Origin: Candidatus Bathyarchaeia archaeon
GTDB taxonomy: Archaea > Thermoproteota > Bathyarchaeia > Bathyarchaeales > Bathycorpusculaceae
Direction of reading: 5' to 3'
DNA: 64,000 nt
Assembly (NCBI GenBank): GCA_050010515.1
Contig: JBEKKX010000013.1
Coordinates: 1 to 64,000 of the forward strand
In this document: positions 38,683-48,899 of the stretch, piece by piece
Layout of the letters: each line of letters begins with the position of its first letter
How positions within the stretch are numbered: the stretch's first letter is position 1
The notes under the pieces: model-generated
The model's database searches: none
Told to the model about the DNA's origin: nothing
Seen by the model: only the letters and a program-made list of their open reading frames with translations
Program-made: the position numbers and the translations under genes

Positions 38683-39822
38683 GTGAAAGTAATGGAAAAT
38701 ATCGAAACTTTACCTCAGAAGGTAGTTGAAAGAAAGACTGTTATTCTAAAATCTCGCTTGGACCCTGAGAAAGCGAGACTTATTGGTGAGGACCAAAAAA
38801 CCAATCTTTTCCTCAAGTTTGGCTTTCTGAAGCCCCGATCTGATGACATTTCACTTGTAGGTTTCACTAAATACTATGAACCATTCATTGTTATCGGCGG
38901 GAAATACTTAATTGATTATTGCAAGAAACATGTATTTGAGATTAAAGTGGACAATCAAACGCAAAACGTTTTCCTTGGTGGCGAAGAGTTCAAATTCGAA
39001 CCCTTAAGCGCGGGAAAGCCTTCTAGAGTGCTGAGGCTTGTAGGTGAGGAGCATTCTCATTATGAAAATGAAACATATTTCATATTGGATAGACTAATGA
39101 GAGAAGCTAAACCAGAAAAAGTGCCATTAGCGCCTTTTGAAAATGAAATGGAAAATCTTGATAATTTTGATATGGATTTTAGAAAAGCCAGGATCTCTTT
39201 GGAAGAAGAAATAAATTTTCTTAGGTCTAAAATAGTGAAACGACCTTCAGATGCGGAGGCGATTATTAAAGAAATTTTTGAAATTACTGAACGCTTAACA
39301 ATTTACAACCCGATTTATGAGCTTTCTTTCCAAAATGTTAAGAACGCAAAAGAAGTTACTGTTCTAATTGACGGCATCACTGGCAAACTAACAATAGCTA
39401 AATTTACTAAAGTCCCAGAAAAAGTTGAGCCAACCGAAAAGGTGGCCCCAAAAAACTTTTTGAATATAAAAACTCGATTTTTTCGAGAAAATCCAGAAAA
39501 AGAAACTTTAATTGGCTCATCAATTTCAAATGAACATTTAAACAATTCGAGTCAAAATAGAACCTTAGAAAAAGAAATAAGTGCAACTCCTATTTCTGAA
39601 ACAGAACCAAAGTTTGAGGTAGAAAATGCAATCGCTTTAGCGACCGATGCATTGAAGCATTTAGGTCTTAAAGATAAGATACAACCGTTAAAAGTGTCCT
39701 TAGATGGCGAATTGCATGTGGTGGAACTAAGTCTACAAAATAAAACAGCCAAAGTGTTAGTCAACACTAAAACGAAGGAAGTTAAAGAATACGAAATTCA
39801 AGAATTAAATTCTAATTACTAA
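38683..39822 (+). CDS. Hypothetical protein, possible PepSY-like C-terminus
   Basis: 379-aa ORF; IDGITGK and VNTKTKEV beta-hairpin ends. Confidence 0.75.
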   Translation: MKVMENIETLPQKVVERKTVILKSRLDPEKARLIGEDQKTNLFLKFGFLKPRSDDISLVGFTKYYEPFIVIGGKYLIDYCKKHVFEIKVDNQTQNVFLGGEEFKFEPLSAGKPSRVLRLVGEEHSHYENETYFILDRLMREAKPEKVPLAPFENEMENLDNFDMDFRKARISLEEEINFLRSKIVKRPSDAEAIIKEIFEITERLTIYNPIYELSFQNVKNAKEVTVLIDGITGKLTIAKFTKVPEKVEPTEKVAPKNFLNIKTRFFRENPEKETLIGSSISNEHLNNSSQNRTLEKEISATPISETEPKFEVENAIALATDALKHLGLKDKIQPLKVSLDGELHVVELSLQNKTAKVLVNTKTKEVKEYEIQELNSNY

Positions 39823-40067
39823 TCTTCTTGATTTGGCTATTTGAGAATGGTGAAGTTTAGAATCGCAACACCCTGAAAAAACATGGCTTATTTGTTTTCA
39901 GTCCTCAATTTACGATGCTCAAGTGTTTCCAATTAGCATAAACGCTACACATTTTTCCAGAGAAGCTCAAAAAAAGGTTAAAAAAAATCAAAACACACAC
40001 TTGCTTTGAAATTCATAAACGTTATTAGTTTTGATGAATATTCTCCTTTACAGCCTGAGGAGTTATT

Positions 40068-40478
40068 GTGGGCTATCAAAACGATTGTCCAGAATGTAAA
40101 CGATATGAGCGAAAAGAAGCTCTGAGCATTTTTAGGGAATTATGGTCTATAGGAAATTCCCCTTTACACCGAATGTATTCTTCTTGGGACGAGCTTGAAA
40201 GAAACATTAAGGTGAAATCGGATACGGCAACCGCCATGAAGAAACATAAGATTCGGTCATGCCCCTATTGTGGTGCTAAGCAAGCCATAACCAAGCCATT
40301 AGACGGAATTTTTCCGTACCTGAATTGTGAATCATGTAAACGTCCTTTTTTCATTGAGAATAATTTGTTTGTTAGGAAACTCACAGAAGAAGAGGAAAGA
40401 GAAATTCCTGAAGCATGGATTCGAATAGTTGAAGATTTAGCCAAAAAGAAAGTTGCAGTAGTCTTAAGATTCGAATAG
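40068..40478 (+). CDS. Zinc-ribbon protein
   Basis: CPEC, CPYCG, CESC. Confidence 0.65.
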   Translation: MGYQNDCPECKRYERKEALSIFRELWSIGNSPLHRMYSSWDELERNIKVKSDTATAMKKHKIRSCPYCGAKQAITKPLDGIFPYLNCESCKRPFFIENNLFVRKLTEEEEREIPEAWIRIVEDLAKKKVAVVLRFE

Positions 40479-40653
40479 CGTAGAATAAAGAGTATGGATT
40501 GGAGAAAAAAAGAGGAAAGACTCTGTAGAAGTTGTCGTCGCCGTCATTACGGAGATGCTGACAGGTTTTGCTGAAGTCTGCCAAAATATAGTAAAGATTT
40601 TGAATCCATATCTTTAGCAAATAAACGTTATATATTTAGGAAAAACCTCTGGA

Positions 40654-41142
40654 ATGTATGATGCCAGTGAGAAAATGCGCAACAATCAAAGGCATAACCA
40701 AAGCACTGTACCTAGATTGAACGAAGAATCATTCGGTGTTGAAATGGCGGTTGGCACCGAACATTCCTTTTACAAAGTGCTGTTGGAAGCCGTTGAAGAA
40801 GCGTTTTCTTCTTTAGGTGAACTGGTAGAAGAGAAAATTTTCTGTACTTTAGAAAAGAGTTTTGGGATTAGACGGAGTGAGATTCCATACAGGATTGAGG
40901 GCTTTTCGGATGCGCTTGAGAAAATTTTTGGTCTAGGCGCTATGCACTTGGAGATTTCGGTAATAAAACGCCTCCAGAAAAAGGTTGCGACTGAATACAA
41001 GTGGGATGCCCCCGAATGGATTGTCCGGGAATTAACGTTTAGAGAATACGTCAACATGGTGAAACAAGACTTTGAACAATCAAACAGAAAACTTGGAGAG
41101 TTATCAAAGAGTGGAATCAAAGAACAACCAACCCGAAAATAA
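40654..41142 (+). CDS. DUF3227/NitrOD5-like small helical domain protein
   Basis: LLEAVEEAFSSLGE..IP..IE.FS.ALEKIFG.GA pattern. Confidence 0.6.
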   Translation: MYDASEKMRNNQRHNQSTVPRLNEESFGVEMAVGTEHSFYKVLLEAVEEAFSSLGELVEEKIFCTLEKSFGIRRSEIPYRIEGFSDALEKIFGLGAMHLEISVIKRLQKKVATEYKWDAPEWIVRELTFREYVNMVKQDFEQSNRKLGELSKSGIKEQPTRK

Positions 41143-41551
41143 GATCGTTATTTCTCCGAGCCTCGCTGATAACTACGACGCGCGCTTTAAACTACCTAAT
41201 AGTGAATAAACTATATGTTAAACTAATTTACTAAACTCAGTTTTTAAGCAAGTTAAGTAGAATTTGACAAAAGAGATAGATGTACGTGGTAAACTTAACA
41301 TTCTAAATATTCATTGATGGCAAGTCTTAGATTTGCATAGCGTAAAAAATAGCCTTAACATGGGTTGGCTTTTTAGTAAAAGTTCATATCTCTAATTTGA
41401 CCGTTGTTGCAGCAAGCAGAAAAAAAAGTGCATCAGCTCTGTGTAGCGTGTTTTATAAGCACACACTGCGAGCGAGCGTCTCAATTAAACCCTGATTTCA
41501 ACAAACCGGAAAAAAAGCTCAGCTCAAAGTAATTATACGCGCACTCAGTAC

Positions 41552-41640
41552 GAGTGTGTTGTGTTGTATGTATGTGTGTGTATGTAGGTAGGTAGTTGTG
41601 GGGTTGTAGTAGTAGTTGTATGTTGGTTGGTGGTGGATTA
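41552..41640. repeat. C-free G/T-rich low-complexity tract
   Basis: ~90 nt of GT/GTA/GGT units with no C on the + strand. Confidence 0.7.
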
Positions 41641-41729
41641 AATTTTAATTAGTTACCAATATCTCCCAAAGAGCGGGGTTTTTGTGCTGTTCTCGGTAAT
41701 GCTTTTCAATAAGTGCCATAATATCAAAG

Positions 41730-42551
41730 GTGAAGGTGCAAAGAAAGTTGAACGAGGCGAAACCAGTGATTCTAAAAATCGGCGGCTCAGCCATAACCGA
41801 CAAAACAGGGGAACTAGCCGCGAAAACAGAAGTGATAAACCGCTTAGCAGAGGAAATCAAGCGGGCGGATCTTGATAACTTGATAATTGTGCATGGCGGC
41901 GGAAGCTTTGGTCACCCGACCGCAGCGAAGTACGGCATTAAAGACGGCTACAAAAATGAGCCAACGCAAAAACTTGGCTTCGCAGAAACCCACCATGTCA
42001 TGACGGTGCTAAACGGGTTAGTTATGGATGCGCTTATTTGGCATGAAATTCCAGCCGTAAGCATCGCCCCATCATCCTGCATCATAACAGAGAACGGCAA
42101 GATCAAATGTTTTGACGAAACCGTACTCAAAGCAATGCAGAAAATGACATTTACACCTGTTATGTACGGCGACGCAGTTTTAGACGACAAATTAGGCTTC
42201 ACAATTCTCTCTGGCGACCAGCTGGTTGCTTACTTAGCAATTAAGTATAAGGCTTCAAAAATCGTGGTAGGCGTTGATACAGACGGCTTGTTTGACTGTG
42301 ACCCGAAAACTAACCCCAACGCTAAACCATACAAACACTTAACATTGGCAGAGTTAAAGCAGATTCAGCCTAAACTTGGCAAGGCTGCAGGCGCAGATGT
42401 TACAGGCGGCATGGCGGGCAAAATAGCTGAACTTATCCCCGCTATAGAGCAGGGAATTCCCGTTACAGTTACAGGCGCCACGAAAGTGTTATCTATTTAC
42501 AGAGCACTAACAGACCAAAGTGTATTAGGCACTGAAATCGAGAAGGCGTAA
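41730..42551 (+). CDS. ipk: Isopentenyl phosphate kinase
   Basis: LKIGGSAITDK, VHGGGSFGH, LSGD, DVTGGMAGK. Confidence 0.95.
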   Translation: MKVQRKLNEAKPVILKIGGSAITDKTGELAAKTEVINRLAEEIKRADLDNLIIVHGGGSFGHPTAAKYGIKDGYKNEPTQKLGFAETHHVMTVLNGLVMDALIWHEIPAVSIAPSSCIITENGKIKCFDETVLKAMQKMTFTPVMYGDAVLDDKLGFTILSGDQLVAYLAIKYKASKIVVGVDTDGLFDCDPKTNPNAKPYKHLTLAELKQIQPKLGKAAGADVTGGMAGKIAELIPAIEQGIPVTVTGATKVLSIYRALTDQSVLGTEIEKA

Positions 42552-42552
42552 G

Positions 42553-43650
42553 ATGACTGAAACCGAGAAACGAAAAGCAGAACACATAAAAATCTGCTTG
42601 GAACAAAAAGCCCAAGCACGAAAAGCCACCACAGGCTTCGAAGACATCCAACTGGTCCACCGAGCCCTGCCAGAAGTTGACAGACAAAAAATCAGCCTAT
42701 CAGCATCTTTCTTAGGCAAAAAACTCTCCGCACCCTTAATTGTTGGCGCCATGACTGGCGGGACAGAAGAAGCAACAAAAATAAATGCTTCAATTGCCGG
42801 AGCAGTGGAAAAACTTGGTTTAGGCATGGGTGTGGGAAGCCAAAGAGCAGCCATCGAAGACCAAAAACTTGAGAAGACCTATTCGATAGCACGCAAAAAA
42901 GCGCCAACCGCCTTTTTAATCGCCAACATAGGCGGAGTACAACTTGTTCACGGATACACCTTAAAAGAAGTCAAGAAAGCCGTGGAAATGATAGATGCTG
43001 ACGTAGTTGCTGTACATCTTAACGCGGTGCAGGAAGCACTTCAGCCTGAAGGACAAACCAACTTCAAAGGCGTCTTAGCCAAAATCAGCGAGATCGCAGG
43101 TGAACTTGACATGCCTGTGATTGTTAAAGAAACCGGCTGCGGCATTTCAGCGGAAGATGCAAAAGCGCTTGAAGCTGCAGGCGTAAAAGCCATCGACATC
43201 GGCGGTGTCGGCGGAACAAGTTTTGCAGCAGTTGAATATTACCGTTCAACAAGCCCAAACAACATGGGTGAAGCTTTCTGGGACTGGGGCATCCCCACAG
43301 CCGTAAGCCTCATCGAAACAACTCAGACCGTGAAGATTCCAGTGATTGCTTCCGGCGGAGTACGAAGCGGCTTAGACATAGCTAAATCTTTAGCGTTAAA
43401 CGCAAGTTTAGCCAGTGTTTCTCAGCCTGTGCTTGAAGCTGCAGTTAAAGGGGCAAAGAAAACTGAAAAATTGCTTTCTTGTTTAATTGATGAGTTGCGT
43501 AATGTTATGTTTCTTGTGGGCGCTGAGAACCTTGAATCCTTAGCGAAAGTGCCTGTGGTGGTTGCTGGTAAAACTGCGGAGTGGCTGAACATCAGAGGTT
43601 TCGACACGGTGAAGTATGCGCAGAGGAGCACGTTAACATTTGAATATTGA
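42553..43650 (+). CDS. fni: Type 2 isopentenyl-diphosphate delta-isomerase
   Basis: RKAEH, AMTGG, GVGSQR, HLNAVQEA.QPEG, VKETG, GGTSF. Confidence 0.97.
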   Translation: MTETEKRKAEHIKICLEQKAQARKATTGFEDIQLVHRALPEVDRQKISLSASFLGKKLSAPLIVGAMTGGTEEATKINASIAGAVEKLGLGMGVGSQRAAIEDQKLEKTYSIARKKAPTAFLIANIGGVQLVHGYTLKEVKKAVEMIDADVVAVHLNAVQEALQPEGQTNFKGVLAKISEIAGELDMPVIVKETGCGISAEDAKALEAAGVKAIDIGGVGGTSFAAVEYYRSTSPNNMGEAFWDWGIPTAVSLIETTQTVKIPVIASGGVRSGLDIAKSLALNASLASVSQPVLEAAVKGAKKTEKLLSCLIDELRNVMFLVGAENLESLAKVPVVVAGKTAEWLNIRGFDTVKYAQRSTLTFEY

Positions 43651-44710
43651 AAAGTTTCTTGAAGAAAAAGCACCCTTAATCGACAAAGCTATTGAAAAGT
43701 ACATTCCGCGAAACTTCAGCAAAGACGCGGTTCTTTTCAAGGTTAATCCGCCAATGTACAGTTACAACTTAGAGCCCTTAAACAAAGCAGTTGCAGAGCC
43801 CATCTGGGACATGCTGGACCGTGGTGGAAAAAGGTGGCGCCCAGCGCTTTTTTTGCTGATTTGCGAAGCGTTAGGTAAAGGCTCCGATTGCTGTTTAGAC
43901 TTCTCCATTATCCCCGAAGTTATCCATAACGGAACGCTGATTATCGACGACATTGAAGATTCCTCAAAACTGCGTCGAGGCAAGCCGTGCACATACAAAA
44001 TCTTCCAAATTGACATCGCTGTTAACGCTGGAAACGCGATGTATTATCTGCCGCTTCTTCCGTTAATGGCGCAAAAAGCAAAGCTTACACCTGAAATGCA
44101 ACGGGACATTTATGAGGTTTACGTGCAGGAAATGATTAACCTCAGCATGGGGCAAGCCATGGACATTGCGTGGCACAGGGGCATCGCAAACGCGGACAAG
44201 TTAGGCGAAGAGGATTACTTGCAGATGTGCGCTTACAAAACAGGCACTCTCGCCCGTATGGCAGCCAAAATAGCGGCTGTGCTAGTAGGCGCCAACAAGC
44301 CACTGGTGGAAAAACTTGGACGTTTCGCTGAAAGTATAGGTGTTGCCTTCCAAATGCAGGATGATATTTTGGATGTAACTGGAGTGGAGTTCGCCAAGAA
44401 GAAAGGCGGCGTTGGGCAAGATATTACTGAGGGCAAAAGAAGCTTAATGGTTATTTATACGCTGAAAAAGGCGAATAGCGCTGACAAGAAGCGGCTTATC
44501 GAAATTCTCAATATGCACACTTCCGACCAAGCCTTAAGAGATGAGGCAATAGCCTTAATGCAGAAATACAATGCCGTAGAACATGTTAAGCATACAGCAG
44601 AGCGGATTGTCGAAGAAAGCTGGAGTGAAGCTGAAAAGCTTTTACCGACACCTGAAGCTAAGGAAAAATTAAAACAGTTCGCCGAATTCTTGATTAAAAG
44701 AAACAAGTAA
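43640..44710 (+). CDS. idsA: Geranylgeranyl diphosphate synthase
   Basis: GGKRWRP, DDIED..RRG, KT, FQMQDDILD. Confidence 0.93.
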   Translation: MNIEKFLEEKAPLIDKAIEKYIPRNFSKDAVLFKVNPPMYSYNLEPLNKAVAEPIWDMLDRGGKRWRPALFLLICEALGKGSDCCLDFSIIPEVIHNGTLIIDDIEDSSKLRRGKPCTYKIFQIDIAVNAGNAMYYLPLLPLMAQKAKLTPEMQRDIYEVYVQEMINLSMGQAMDIAWHRGIANADKLGEEDYLQMCAYKTGTLARMAAKIAAVLVGANKPLVEKLGRFAESIGVAFQMQDDILDVTGVEFAKKKGGVGQDITEGKRSLMVIYTLKKANSADKKRLIEILNMHTSDQALRDEAIALMQKYNAVEHVKHTAERIVEESWSEAEKLLPTPEAKEKLKQFAEFLIKRNK

Positions 44711-44732
44711 CATTTCAGCGAGCGTAAAAAAT

Positions 44733-46484
44733 TTGGCACTTGAAAATGACACTGAACTTAAAGAGCTTATTCGCAGAGCTGCACTGCTTAATGCGGTTTC
44801 GCATGATGGCAAAGCTCAAGCAGGCGCCATGGTAGGTAAAATTCTCGGCGAAAGACAAGACCTGCGAACCAAGGTAAAAGAGCTTTCAAGCATAATCAGC
44901 ACAATCGTAAATGAAGTAAACAGCCTCTCCATTGCAGAGCAAAAAGTTATTGTGGAGAAAAATTGGCCTGAAACCCAGAAGAAAGAGAAGGCTGAAGAAA
45001 AACGACTTTCACCATTGCCTAACGCGGATAAGTATTCTCAGATAGTGACGCGGTTCTCTCCTAACCCTGACTGTGTTTTGCATTTGGGTTCAGCAAGAGC
45101 CATAATCCTGAGCCACGAGTACGCCCGCATGTACAACGGAAAATTCATTTTGCGCTTCGAAGACACAGACCCAAAAGTGAAAAGGCCGTCGCTGATATTT
45201 TATGATAGCATCCGGCAGGATTTGAAGTGGCTAGGCTGCAAAGTTGACGAGGAATACATCCAAAGCGACCGATTGCCAATTTACTACGATTACACCGAGC
45301 GGCTAATACGGGATGGAAACGCGTATGTTTGCGAGTGCCCGCCTGAAGAGTTCAAGAAAAAAACCTTAGCTAAAGAACTCTGCCCATGCCGAATCCTTTC
45401 AGCAGCTGAGAACTTGGAACGCTGGAACCGCATGCTAAGTGCCGGTTACACGGAAGGGCAAGCAGTAGTTCGCGTTAAAACTGAACTGGGGCATCCGAAC
45501 CCAGCGGTCAGAGACTGGCCAGCCCTAAGGATTATTGATACAAAGAAGTATCCGCATCCACGGGTTGGAAGCAAATACATCGTTTGGCCCCTCTACAATT
45601 TAGCCGCCGGCTTAGACGACCATTTAATGGGCATGACACACATCATCCGCGGCAAAGAACACTATACAAACATGGTTCGCCAAAAGTACATGTATGAACA
45701 TTTAGGCTGGAAGTACCCCGAAGCCATACACTACGGCAGACTAAAAATCACAGGCACTTTCCTAAGCAAATCAAAAATTATTCAAGGAATAAAAGAAGGC
45801 ATCTACGCAGGCTTTGACGACCCACGCCTAGGCACATTTGCTGCACTTAGAAGACGGGGAATCACGCCTGAAGCCATCAAGAAAATGATAATCGATGTAG
45901 GAACAAAATCAAACGATGTAACCTTGAGCTGGGAAAACCTGTACTCGTACAACCGCAAAATCCTTGACGCCACAAGCAACAGGTACTTCTTCGTGCCCGA
46001 GCCTGTGGAACTAAAAGTTTTGAGGGTGCCGAAAACTTTCCATGCCAAACTTCCTTTGCATCCGGACAAGCCTGAGCGGGGGTTTAGGGAATACACGGTG
46101 ACTCCGGAAGATGAAGAGAAAACGGTAATTTTTTTGGTTTCAAGAAAAGATGCTGAAGCGACGGAGCCAGAAAAAGTAGTTAGGCTCATGGAACTCTTCA
46201 ACGTCAAAATCGACAGCAAAACAGGCAACTCGGCGACTGCAACATTCTCAAGCGAATCCTACGAGGACGTTAGAAAAATTAAAGCCCAGCTTATCCAGTG
46301 GATACCGAAAGGCGAGGAGTTTCCATGCCAAGTGGTTATGCCAGATGCCTCAGTGACCGAGGGTTTTGCTGAGAGTGCCTGCAAAAAGTTAAAGCCAGAC
46401 GCTATAATACAGTTTGAACGCTTTGGATTCACACGCATAGATGAAGTAAACCAGAAACTAATAGCTTATTACGCTCACAAATAA
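44733..46484 (+). CDS. gltX: Glutamate--tRNA ligase
   Basis: RFSPNP..HLG, RFEDTD, IRGKEH, LSKS, QFERFGF. Confidence 0.97.
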   Translation: MALENDTELKELIRRAALLNAVSHDGKAQAGAMVGKILGERQDLRTKVKELSSIISTIVNEVNSLSIAEQKVIVEKNWPETQKKEKAEEKRLSPLPNADKYSQIVTRFSPNPDCVLHLGSARAIILSHEYARMYNGKFILRFEDTDPKVKRPSLIFYDSIRQDLKWLGCKVDEEYIQSDRLPIYYDYTERLIRDGNAYVCECPPEEFKKKTLAKELCPCRILSAAENLERWNRMLSAGYTEGQAVVRVKTELGHPNPAVRDWPALRIIDTKKYPHPRVGSKYIVWPLYNLAAGLDDHLMGMTHIIRGKEHYTNMVRQKYMYEHLGWKYPEAIHYGRLKITGTFLSKSKIIQGIKEGIYAGFDDPRLGTFAALRRRGITPEAIKKMIIDVGTKSNDVTLSWENLYSYNRKILDATSNRYFFVPEPVELKVLRVPKTFHAKLPLHPDKPERGFREYTVTPEDEEKTVIFLVSRKDAEATEPEKVVRLMELFNVKIDSKTGNSATATFSSESYEDVRKIKAQLIQWIPKGEEFPCQVVMPDASVTEGFAESACKKLKPDAIIQFERFGFTRIDEVNQKLIAYYAHK

Positions 46485-46497
46485 GAGATGAATAAAC

Positions 46498-46800
46498 ATG
46501 AAAAAACTCGATAAAGCAATAATTTGGCCAATCTACTTCGACGCTTCTAAAACTAGAAAAAAAGGACGCCGAGTCCCAAAAAACTTGGCCGTGCAATCCC
46601 CAAAAATCGCCGAACTTAAAGAAGCAGTTGACAAATTAGGCCTGAAAAACGAAGTTAACCTTGAGGCTCATTTTCCCAAAATGCATTGGGCTAAGACTGG
46701 AATGTTGCTTGTTGAAAAGAAAGAAGCAAAAGAAAAGATAATACAGAAAATTGCAAAACAATTAGTGAAGATTAAAAGCGTGCCTGCAAAACCGCAGTAA
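46498..46800 (+). CDS. srp19: Signal recognition particle protein Srp19
   Basis: IWPIYFD..KTR..GRRVPK.LAV. Confidence 0.93.
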   Translation: MKKLDKAIIWPIYFDASKTRKKGRRVPKNLAVQSPKIAELKEAVDKLGLKNEVNLEAHFPKMHWAKTGMLLVEKKEAKEKIIQKIAKQLVKIKSVPAKPQ

Positions 46801-46803
46801 AGT

Positions 46804-47199
46804 TTAGCTTTTCTCTTTAGCAGCCATTAAAACAGCGTTAATTATGCCGTCGTTGCCTGGGCGACTGGTAACTTTTGCAAGCCCCAACGTGGTTTCTATT
46901 TCTGCACCTTTAGTTATTACGCCTCTGCGGTTATAATCAACGTTAGCGCCGTTTCTAACGACTCGGGTGATTTCGGTTTTTTGTGTTTTGCCGCTTTTAG
47001 GATCGGTTACTGAAGCGTATTTATCGCTTAAAACTTTGACCTTTGTGTTGCCGCCTAAGCCTCTGGAAATTTTCCTTCTGGGTTCACCGAGAATTGTTTC
47101 TGCAGGATACCCACCTTGCTCATACTTTTTCTTTGATCTGTAAGCTCTTTTTTTGCCGCCTGTGAGTTTTCTTTTGCGTAAACTGCTATGCCAAGACAT
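46804..47199 (-). CDS. rps8e: 30S ribosomal protein S8e
   Basis: RK.TGG, GGN.K, ITKGA.I.T..G.A.VTSRPG.DG..NAV. Confidence 0.97.
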   Translation of the reverse strand: MSWHSSLRKRKLTGGKKRAYRSKKKYEQGGYPAETILGEPRRKISRGLGGNTKVKVLSDKYASVTDPKSGKTQKTEITRVVRNGANVDYNRRGVITKGAEIETTLGLAKVTSRPGNDGIINAVLMAAKEKS

Positions 47200-47393
47200 A
47201 ATCTACATTTCCCTTTTACGAATATCTAATTCGAGTAGTCAGTAAAACCGTTAATTTCCATATAAACATATCCGTTTTAAGTTTGTTCTCTTTAGCGAAA
47301 ATAATCGCTTCTTACTTCTTTTTGTTAAGAAGTTCTCTAAAGTGTTATTTAAAGAGGCGTTGGCAAGTTTTATTATGCTGATGTGGGATACTT

Positions 47394-47651
47394 ATGTTGA
47401 AAAACATGTCAACATCAAGGGTTGACCAAAGATACAGAATAGTTATTGATAAAAAAACTAGAGCAAAAACTCACATTAAAGCAGGAGACGTAGTTGTCAT
47501 TGAGCCGATTGATGACCACAGCTTCAAAGTAAATGTTTTAGACTTCACATCAGAAAAACTTGAGGACGATCCAGCATGGCAAGTTATTCATAAACCAGCC
47601 AAAATCAGAAAGTACATTCCTCCAGAAAAACTCGAAGAGACAATGGAGTAA
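47394..47651 (+). CDS. Orphan AbrB/MazE-family antitoxin
   Basis: VDQRYRIVI.K..R....IKAGD; no toxin downstream. Confidence 0.75.
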   Translation: MLKNMSTSRVDQRYRIVIDKKTRAKTHIKAGDVVVIEPIDDHSFKVNVLDFTSEKLEDDPAWQVIHKPAKIRKYIPPEKLEETME

Positions 47652-47709
47652 ACGATTTAGCCACAACAGAAAAGCGAGCGCCTCGAAAAGTTTTGATTCC
47701 GTGTAACTT

Positions 47710-47948
47710 TCAGCTTATTTTAGAAAGCAGAAGCTTTGCGGTTTCTTTCTTAGATTTTGCGAGCTCCATGAAAGCGTTTAGAAGCCCTTTCTTTGAGGCA
47801 TCAAGAATTTCAAGTGAAACAAGCTTGCCCGATTTGTCGCAGCCTACAATTACGTCATTGTCAAGCAATTCTTCATCAGCTAATGCACTTCTTTGACCTT
47901 AACAGTAAGAACATCAGCTTCAGAATCATACTTTATTATCAAAGCCAT
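47710..47948 (-). pseudogene. DUF2283 family protein, frameshifted
   Basis: MALIIKYDSEADVLTVKVKE / ALADEELLDNDVIVGCDKSGKLVSLEILDASK; apparent 1-nt loss near 47889. Confidence 0.8.
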
Positions 47949-48187
47949 CTTCCTGACCGCTTCCTTTTCAAAATGACACGCTCAAGATTACTGCTATAGA
48001 TCGCCGTTATTATAAATATATCCTCAACCTTTGGCTCGTAGATTACAGCTAAATTACGGTTTAATCTAATTGCAATGTTTCGACCATTCTCAGAATCAAA
48101 TAAGACCTCATCGGGCTTGAAAACTATGTCCTCCAATACTTCTTTTGTTATGCCCAACTGAGAGTTCTTTGTCAAACTTATCTTCAA
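47939..48187 (-). CDS. DUF4258-like toxin, possibly degenerate
   Basis: GIT...E.....PD..L.VIY....IITA..R...GRW; overlaps DUF2283 start. Confidence 0.65.
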   Translation of the reverse strand: MKISLTKNSQLGITKEVLEDIVFKPDEVLFDSENGRNIAIRLNRNLAVIYEPKVEDIFIITAIYSSNLERVILKRKRSGRWL

Positions 48188-48299
48188 TATGCTTGCTCCA
48201 TCTCACGTTCAACTTTGACAAAACCAATTAGCTCCATGTCTTTTATGTTGTACGTTTTATCTTCTATTTAAAATTTGTAATTTTACGCTGCTTTCGCAT

Positions 48300-48899
48300 T
48301 TATGTTTCTTGATAGTCCTTTAATGCGTCGCCGAAAATACGTTTTAACTCTTTCTTCATAATGCTCGCATCATGCGTTAACCCGAAGTAATCCGCAAAAT
48401 AATCAGTAGTCTTTAAAGACATTGAACGCCCGCTTCTTTCAGCCGCAATCAACCCCATATCCTTCAGCAGTTTCACGTGACCGTAAGCGTGTTGTCCCCT
48501 GACATCAATCACGCGTTTCTGAGAAACAGGCTGTCGGTAAGCGATGTAAGAGAGCGTTTTTAAGGGTCCGGAAGACAGCAGAGGTCTGTTCACAAGTTTC
48601 TTAATCAACGGTGTGAAGTCTGCTTTTACCTGCAGGACGTAACGTTCATCTTTTAACGCCAAAATTTCAAGCGCCGTGTTCCTTGCAGCATATTCTTGTA
48701 TTAGCGTGTCAGCGTATTTTTGGGCTTTCTTTTTTGAGCGGCTGCCTATGACTTGGCATAACTCGTTGAGGTCTAATGGGCGACCAGCCACGTACAGTGC
48801 AGCCTCTAACAGTGCTAAGCAATGAGCTTTCCGTTCGGCATCCTGCGCTTGCTCTGCATCAGGGTTTGAATTATCTGTTTGTTCCTTCGGCTTTTCCAA
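48300..48899 (-). CDS. scpB: Segregation/condensation protein B
   Basis: LEAALY, KTLSYIAYRQPV..RG, TT..F..YFG. Confidence 0.95.
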   Translation of the reverse strand: MEKPKEQTDNSNPDAEQAQDAERKAHCLALLEAALYVAGRPLDLNELCQVIGSRSKKKAQKYADTLIQEYAARNTALEILALKDERYVLQVKADFTPLIKKLVNRPLLSSGPLKTLSYIAYRQPVSQKRVIDVRGQHAYGHVKLLKDMGLIAAERSGRSMSLKTTDYFADYFGLTHDASIMKKELKRIFGDALKDYQET

